Of a stretch of DNA of 64,000 nucleotides, positions 59,975-64,000 are shown piece by piece. Position numbers and translations under genes: made by a program. This stretch comes from Acidimicrobiaceae bacterium (GTDB lineage: Bacteria; Actinomycetota; Acidimicrobiia; Acidimicrobiales; Ilumatobacteraceae), in assembly GCA_024641005.1 (NCBI GenBank), contig JAHEDX010000010.1, positions 9,212 to 73,211 on the forward strand, in the 5' to 3' direction. The stretch's first letter is position 1, and the number at the start of each line of letters is the position of its first letter. A model generated the notes under the pieces. It was given only the letters and a program-made list of their open reading frames with translations, had not been told where the DNA came from and searched no databases.

Positions 59975-60745
59975 TCAGGCCAGCCCAGCGATGAACTCCA
60001 CGAGCGCTGCGACCACCTCGCCGCGCGCTTCGGTATGAGGTGAGTGTCCCACGTCGTCGAGCACCAGGCGCTCGAACGATCCGGACACCCCCGCTTCGAT
60101 GGCGTCGAGCTGTGCCAGCGTGCCGTACTGGTCGGCGCGGCCCTGGATCGCCAGCACCGGCGCGGTGACGCCCCCGAGCCGACCCTCGATGTTCCACGAG
60201 CGGAACTCGTCGCTCAGCCAGACATCGTTCCAACCGCGAAACGTCGCCGTCGGATCCTGGTGATAGCGGCCCATCCGGTCGGACATGTCGCTCGATTCGA
60301 ACGCGATTCGGGCCCGCTCGATCCCGGCGATCGACTCTGGCTCGACGAACACGTGTGGTGCCATACAGACGAGTCCTGCCGCAGCGTTACCCGCTCCCGC
60401 GTACAGCAACGCGATCGACGCCCCGTCGCTGTGGCCGATCAGCACCGGTCGCTCGACTCCGAACACCGAGAGCACCGCCGGCAACACCGTGTCGGCTTCG
60501 TGGTGCATATATGACACCGGGCGCGGCAGATGCGCCGGGCCGCTGGCACCGTGACCGTGGCGGGCGTAGGTGAGCACCGTCGGCCAGCCTGTCGCCGCGG
60601 CGATCTCAGCGGGCACGCCTCGCCACAGATCGATCGAACCGAGCCCCTCGTGGAGGAAGACCAGCGGAGGCGAGTCGTCGGCGCCGCGAACGAACTCGCA
60701 CTCGACGGGCCCACCGGCCACATCGATCAACTCGCGCACGCCCAT
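59975..60745 (-). CDS. Alpha/beta hydrolase
   Basis: Nucleophile elbow GHSDG, an HG-type oxyanion region (FLHEGLGS), and a C-terminal His (DVGHSPH). Confidence 0.8.
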   Translation of the reverse strand: MGVRELIDVAGGPVECEFVRGADDSPPLVFLHEGLGSIDLWRGVPAEIAAATGWPTVLTYARHGHGASGPAHLPRPVSYMHHEADTVLPAVLSVFGVERPVLIGHSDGASIALLYAGAGNAAAGLVCMAPHVFVEPESIAGIERARIAFESSDMSDRMGRYHQDPTATFRGWNDVWLSDEFRSWNIEGRLGGVTAPVLAIQGRADQYGTLAQLDAIEAGVSGSFERLVLDDVGHSPHTEARGEVVAALVEFIAGLA

Positions 60746-60763
60746 CGGGGCATGATGTCATCT

Positions 60764-60781
60764 CAGCCGATCCGTCGGCTG
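60764..60781 (-). terminator. Small hairpin between deoC and the hydrolase gene
   Basis: CAGCCGA-tccg-TCGGCTG, a 7-bp stem lying 44 nt after the deoC stop. No U-tract. Confidence 0.25.
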
Positions 60782-60824
60782 CACCTCGGCGCGCGAGCCG
60801 CATCCGAGAGCCATGATGGCGAGA

Positions 60825-61583
60825 TCAGTAGGTCTGTCCCGTCGGCGCCCCACCACCGTCACCATCGCCCGCGGCGACCAGCAAGGCGCCGAGCACACCG
60901 CTGGCCCCGAACCGGAACGTGGCCGGGCACGGCCACCCCTCACCCATGACCGATTCGGCGAGCGCCAGATAGGCCTCGGCATCAGCGGCGGTGCTGATAC
61001 CGCCCGACGGCTTGAGCCCGACGGGACGATCGGCGGCCGCGATCACCCGCAACATCACCTCGACGGCGGCCGGGGTCGCCGACACCTCGGTCTTGCCGGT
61101 CGACGTCTTGATGAAATCGGCTCCGAGGTCGACGGCGAACTGCGCCGCCTGAGCGATCAGCTCGAGGTCGCCCAGCCGTCCGGTCTCGAGAATGACCTTC
61201 ATCAGCGCGCGATCTCGCGTCGTGCGCCGAACGGTCGTCAACATCTCGGTTGCCCGAGCGAGGTCGCCAGTGGCGAACGACCCGTACGGCAGCACGACGT
61301 CGATCTCGTCGGCACCGTCGTCGAGCGCCCGCTGGGTCACCACACCAACGGCGTGAGGACGCTCGTCACCTGTCGGGAAGTCGACCACGGTGGCCACCCG
61401 AACCTGCGAGCCGGCCAGCGCTGCGCTGGCCTGAGCCACGAAATCGGGCCAGACACACACCGCAGCAGTGCCGGCCGCGAGTGCTCTGTCGCACAACTGG
61501 GCAACCGCAGCGGTATCGCAGTCGTCGGTCAGATTGGTCAAGTCGACCAGTGAAATCGCCAGCCGGGCTCGTGCCGAATCCAT
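60825..61583 (-). CDS. deoC: Deoxyribose-phosphate aldolase
   Basis: Schiff-base lysine context (ADFIKTSTGK), LVDLTNLTDD and LKPSGGI. GGAGG lies 5 nt upstream of ATG 61583. The ORF-track extension to 61994 was rejected. Confidence 0.85.
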   Translation of the reverse strand: MDSARARLAISLVDLTNLTDDCDTAAVAQLCDRALAAGTAAVCVWPDFVAQASAALAGSQVRVATVVDFPTGDERPHAVGVVTQRALDDGADEIDVVLPYGSFATGDLARATEMLTTVRRTTRDRALMKVILETGRLGDLELIAQAAQFAVDLGADFIKTSTGKTEVSATPAAVEVMLRVIAAADRPVGLKPSGGISTAADAEAYLALAESVMGEGWPCPATFRFGASGVLGALLVAAGDGDGGGAPTGQTY

Positions 61584-61676
61584 GCCTACCTCCGAGGTCG
61601 TATCGCTTCGAGATCCGACCTGCATCGTACCGGTCGCGGCACCAACGCCCGGCTGGAGCATTTGACGTGGACCATA

Positions 61677-61690
61677 TGTAACCGCTTTCA
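61677..61690. promoter_or_regulatory. LacI/GalR-type operator candidate TGTAACCGCTTTCA
   Basis: Matches all 10 constrained positions of the generic pattern TGnAAnCGnTTnCA. Its last base is the A of the lacI-family start codon. It lies 94 nt upstream of the divergent deoC start. Confidence 0.45.
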
Positions 61691-62748
61691 TGAACTGGGT
61701 GACCGGTCTGCAACCCCAACCGATCCGGCGCCCGGGACGCGCCACGATCGAAGATGTCGCCGCAGCCGCCGGCGTGTCGGTGGCAACGGTCAGCCGCGCC
61801 ATCCGTGGCCTGCCGAATGTCGCCAACTCGACCAGAGAACGGGTGCAACGTGTCGCGGCAGAGCTGTCGTATCGAGCCGACCCCGCAGCGTCACGTTTGG
61901 CCACCGGCCGATCGCAGGCGATCGGTGTCGCCGTGCCCGTGCTCAACGGTTGGTACTTCTCCAACGTCGTCGCCGGCGTCGAGGCCGTCTGCACCGAGGC
62001 CGGCTACGACACGGTCGTACTCGGCATCAGCTCCGCCGAGCAGCGGACCCGGCTGATCCACGACACCGACGGCATCCACCGCCGCATCGATGGTCTCGTG
62101 TTCGTCGATGTGTCATACAGCGAGGACGAACTGACCGGGCTCGCGGACCGTCACCTGCACGTGGTCACGATCGGTGTGCGTTCGTCCGTGTTCCCGTCGG
62201 TGGGGATCGATGATGTCGAGGTCGGGCGCTTGGCGACCGACCACTTGATCGAACTCGGTCACCGGCGGATCGCCGTGCTCACCGGGCTCGCCGAGGATCC
62301 ATTGACGTTCCCGGTTCCCCTCCGCCGCCTCGAGGGGTACGGGATCGCTCACCGCGACGCCGGCCTCGCCGTCGACCCCGCTCTCGAAGTCGTCGGCAAC
62401 TTCTCGGTCGCGGGTGGCTACGAGGCCGTCAACGAGCTGCTCGCCCTCGACGACCCGCCGACCGCCATCTTCGCCATGTCCGATGAGATGGCGTTCGGGG
62501 CCATCCAACTGGCACGCGAGCGCAGGATCGACGTCCCGCGTGACCTGTCGATCGTCGGAGTCGACGACCACGAGTTGTCGGTCATGGTGGATCTCACCAC
62601 GATTCACCAGGACGTCGAGGATCATGGGGCACGAGCGGCACGCATGTTGCTCGACGGCCTGTCGATCGACCGTCCGGCGCCGACGCGGCTGGAAGATCCC
62701 GTACATCTCGTCGTGCGCGGCACGACCGGTCCTCCCCGAGCGACTTGA
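61690..62748 (+). CDS. LacI family transcriptional regulator
   Basis: N-terminal HTH (ATIEDVAAAAGVSVATVSRAIRGLPNV) followed by a periplasmic-binding-protein-like effector domain. Confidence 0.9.
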   Translation: MNWVTGLQPQPIRRPGRATIEDVAAAAGVSVATVSRAIRGLPNVANSTRERVQRVAAELSYRADPAASRLATGRSQAIGVAVPVLNGWYFSNVVAGVEAVCTEAGYDTVVLGISSAEQRTRLIHDTDGIHRRIDGLVFVDVSYSEDELTGLADRHLHVVTIGVRSSVFPSVGIDDVEVGRLATDHLIELGHRRIAVLTGLAEDPLTFPVPLRRLEGYGIAHRDAGLAVDPALEVVGNFSVAGGYEAVNELLALDDPPTAIFAMSDEMAFGAIQLARERRIDVPRDLSIVGVDDHELSVMVDLTTIHQDVEDHGARAARMLLDGLSIDRPAPTRLEDPVHLVVRGTTGPPRAT

Positions 62749-62844
62749 TCCACCGATTTCGTCGCCCCATGGCTCGACACGATCACGACACGATCGGTGG
62801 CACCGCGGAGGACCACTTGCGGCCGGGCGGTAGCGTCGAACGAC

Positions 62845-63438
62845 GTGAATCAGGTGAAGTCCCGCCTCCAGGCCCTCGGCCTCCTCGACCGCGCGTTCGC
62901 GAATGCGACCGACGACGATCTCTCCACTGCGCTCGCCGCGCTCGGTGAGGAGCATCGGGAAGCGATCGACCAACTCGTCGGCAGCGAAGCCAGCGTGGAA
63001 GGCATCCGATCGGCGATCGTGAAGGGCCGCCTCGACGGCACCATGGAAACCATGGCGCTCGTGCTGACCGACGCATGCCTCGCCGACTGCATCGAAGCGC
63101 TCGGAGATGACGCCGATCACCCCAGCAGCGACCAGTTGCGCGAGGTCGTTCCCGGCCTCGTCGAAAAGCACGGGCTGGCCATCACCCAGCTGATGCTGAC
63201 GTCGACGGTCGCCGGGGAAGCGCCGGCGTCCGCGATCATTCGCGACCTGTTGAAGCACGACGACGTGATCAAGCTGCCGCCCGCCGAGCCGAAGCCGTTC
63301 AGCCCGATCGTGAAAGGCCCACAGGTGAGCGACGAGGAACGCGCCGCTGTCAAGGCCAAGCGCCAGGAACAGAAGAAGAAGAAGCAAGACGACGCCCGCA
63401 TGCGTCGCGAGCAGGCGGCCAAGGCGCGTCACCGCTGA
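62845..63438 (+). CDS. Hypothetical protein with Lys/Arg-rich C-terminal tail
   Basis: High GC3 in this frame. The tail reads KAKRQEQKKKKQDDARMRREQAAKARHR. Start is uncertain (GTG 62845 or 62854, or the ORF-track start at 62797). Confidence 0.5.
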   Translation: MNQVKSRLQALGLLDRAFANATDDDLSTALAALGEEHREAIDQLVGSEASVEGIRSAIVKGRLDGTMETMALVLTDACLADCIEALGDDADHPSSDQLREVVPGLVEKHGLAITQLMLTSTVAGEAPASAIIRDLLKHDDVIKLPPAEPKPFSPIVKGPQVSDEERAAVKAKRQEQKKKKQDDARMRREQAAKARHR

Positions 63439-63471
63439 CGTTTCGGCACGCGGGCGATCTCCACGACCGAG

Positions 63472-64000
63472 ATGGCCACGCCCGCCGACCTGATCCCCGA
63501 GTTGCGCCGTCAGCTCGAGTGCGTCGCACAATCGGATCGTGCCGCCGTGATGGCGGCGTACATGAAGCACCGCGCAGAGTTCCTGGGCGTTCCGGCCGCC
63601 GAGCGCAAGCGGGTATCGCGTCCATTCATCGCCGCCGGTCGCACCGCCACATCCGATCAGCTACTGGATGCGGCCGACATCTGCTGGGCCCAGCCCGAGC
63701 GCGAATTCCAGTACGCGGCCATCGATCTGCTCCGGCGGTGGCATACCACCCTGCTCCCCCAGTCGCTGCCGCGCATCGAGTCGCTGATCCGCGAAAGGTC
63801 GTGGTGGGACACCGTCGATGCAATCGCGGCCAACGTCGTCGGCCCACTGGTCGCGCGCTTTCCTGAGCTCGTCGACGTCATGGATGCATGGGTCGACGAC
63901 AGCGATCTCTGGATCGCGAGGGCATCGGTACTACATCAACTCACGTTCGCGGGCGACACCGATGCCGAGCGCTTGTTCAGCGCCGTCGATCGACGATGCG
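63472..64000 (+). CDS. DNA alkylation repair protein (AlkD/AlkC-like HEAT-repeat), 3' end outside window
   Basis: Not in the ORF track because no stop falls inside the window. My translation from ATG 63472 is MATPADLIPELRRQLECVAQSDRAAVMAAYMKHRAEFLGVPAAERKRV...RERSWWDTVDAIA...LWIARASVLHQL, which fits the DNA_alkylation family pattern. Confidence 0.7.
   Translation, partial: MATPADLIPELRRQLECVAQSDRAAVMAAYMKHRAEFLGVPAAERKRVSRPFIAAGRTATSDQLLDAADICWAQPEREFQYAAIDLLRRWHTTLLPQSLPRIESLIRERSWWDTVDAIAANVVGPLVARFPELVDVMDAWVDDSDLWIARASVLHQLTFAGDTDAERLFSAVDRRC

Noticed and set aside
57139-61690. tRNA-adjacent genomic island downstream of tRNA-Arg
   Set aside because: There is no integrase, recombinase or transposase. 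By eye I found no repeat of the tRNA 3' end downstream and saw no compositional break. This was not an exhaustive search. The genes are ordinary metabolic functions.

Overview
Visibly high-GC, densely coding chromosomal segment of actinobacterial character. GC was not computed; third codon positions are almost all G/C. Supporting markers are a class E sortase, polyphosphate glucokinase, a MenJ-like reductase, Rho with a long N-terminal insertion, and the argS-lysA-hom-thrC-rho-rpmE-prfA-prmC backbone known from Mycobacterium.

I call about 60 CDS, one tRNA-Arg(CCG), a few hairpin terminators and some candidate operator or promoter sites. I saw no transposase, integrase, phage gene or CRISPR array.

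Left to right:
- Sugar ABC importer with a GH36 alpha-galactosidase (1-6364).
- Amidohydrolase with a COG0523 GTPase, then an MFS transporter.
- SufR-like regulator divergent from mrp-zincin-DUF4328-sixA.
- A proline-rich DUF4190 gene.
- A complete System I ccmABCDEFGH(I) operon (14438-21214).
- Sortase E, crotonase and a TetR/GGDEF unit.
- lhr, an ABC-F ATPase and an SF2 helicase.
- A housekeeping stretch: CaCA antiporter, ppgK, MenJ-like reductase, chorismate mutase, 2-hydroxyacid dehydrogenase and HpcH aldolase.
- prmC-prfA, followed by a 5.7 kb block (hsp20, a hypothetical, DUF1501-repeat fusion, DUF1800).
- rpmE-rho-thrC-hom, a crotonase, lysA-argS and tRNA-Arg.
- Lipoprotein, rhodanese, SDR, hydrolase, deoC, lacI-family regulator, a hypothetical, and a partial AlkD-like gene.

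Most worth follow-up:
1. A full, translationally coupled System I cytochrome c maturation operon in a lineage that textbook knowledge assigns to System II.
2. A Tat-signal DUF1501 protein fused to three tandem ~125-aa repeats, with DUF1800 and an unassignable 339-aa protein, inserted into the conserved rpmE/prfA junction.
3. A HAIR-like (HspR-type) operator on the hsp20 promoter.
4. A perfect LacI-type operator covering the lacI-family start codon.

Nothing here is proven novel from sequence alone. Family names rest on motifs I recognise, not on searches. Start codons are approximate. Many long ORFs in the six-frame track are antisense or out-of-frame artefacts of high GC and were discarded.
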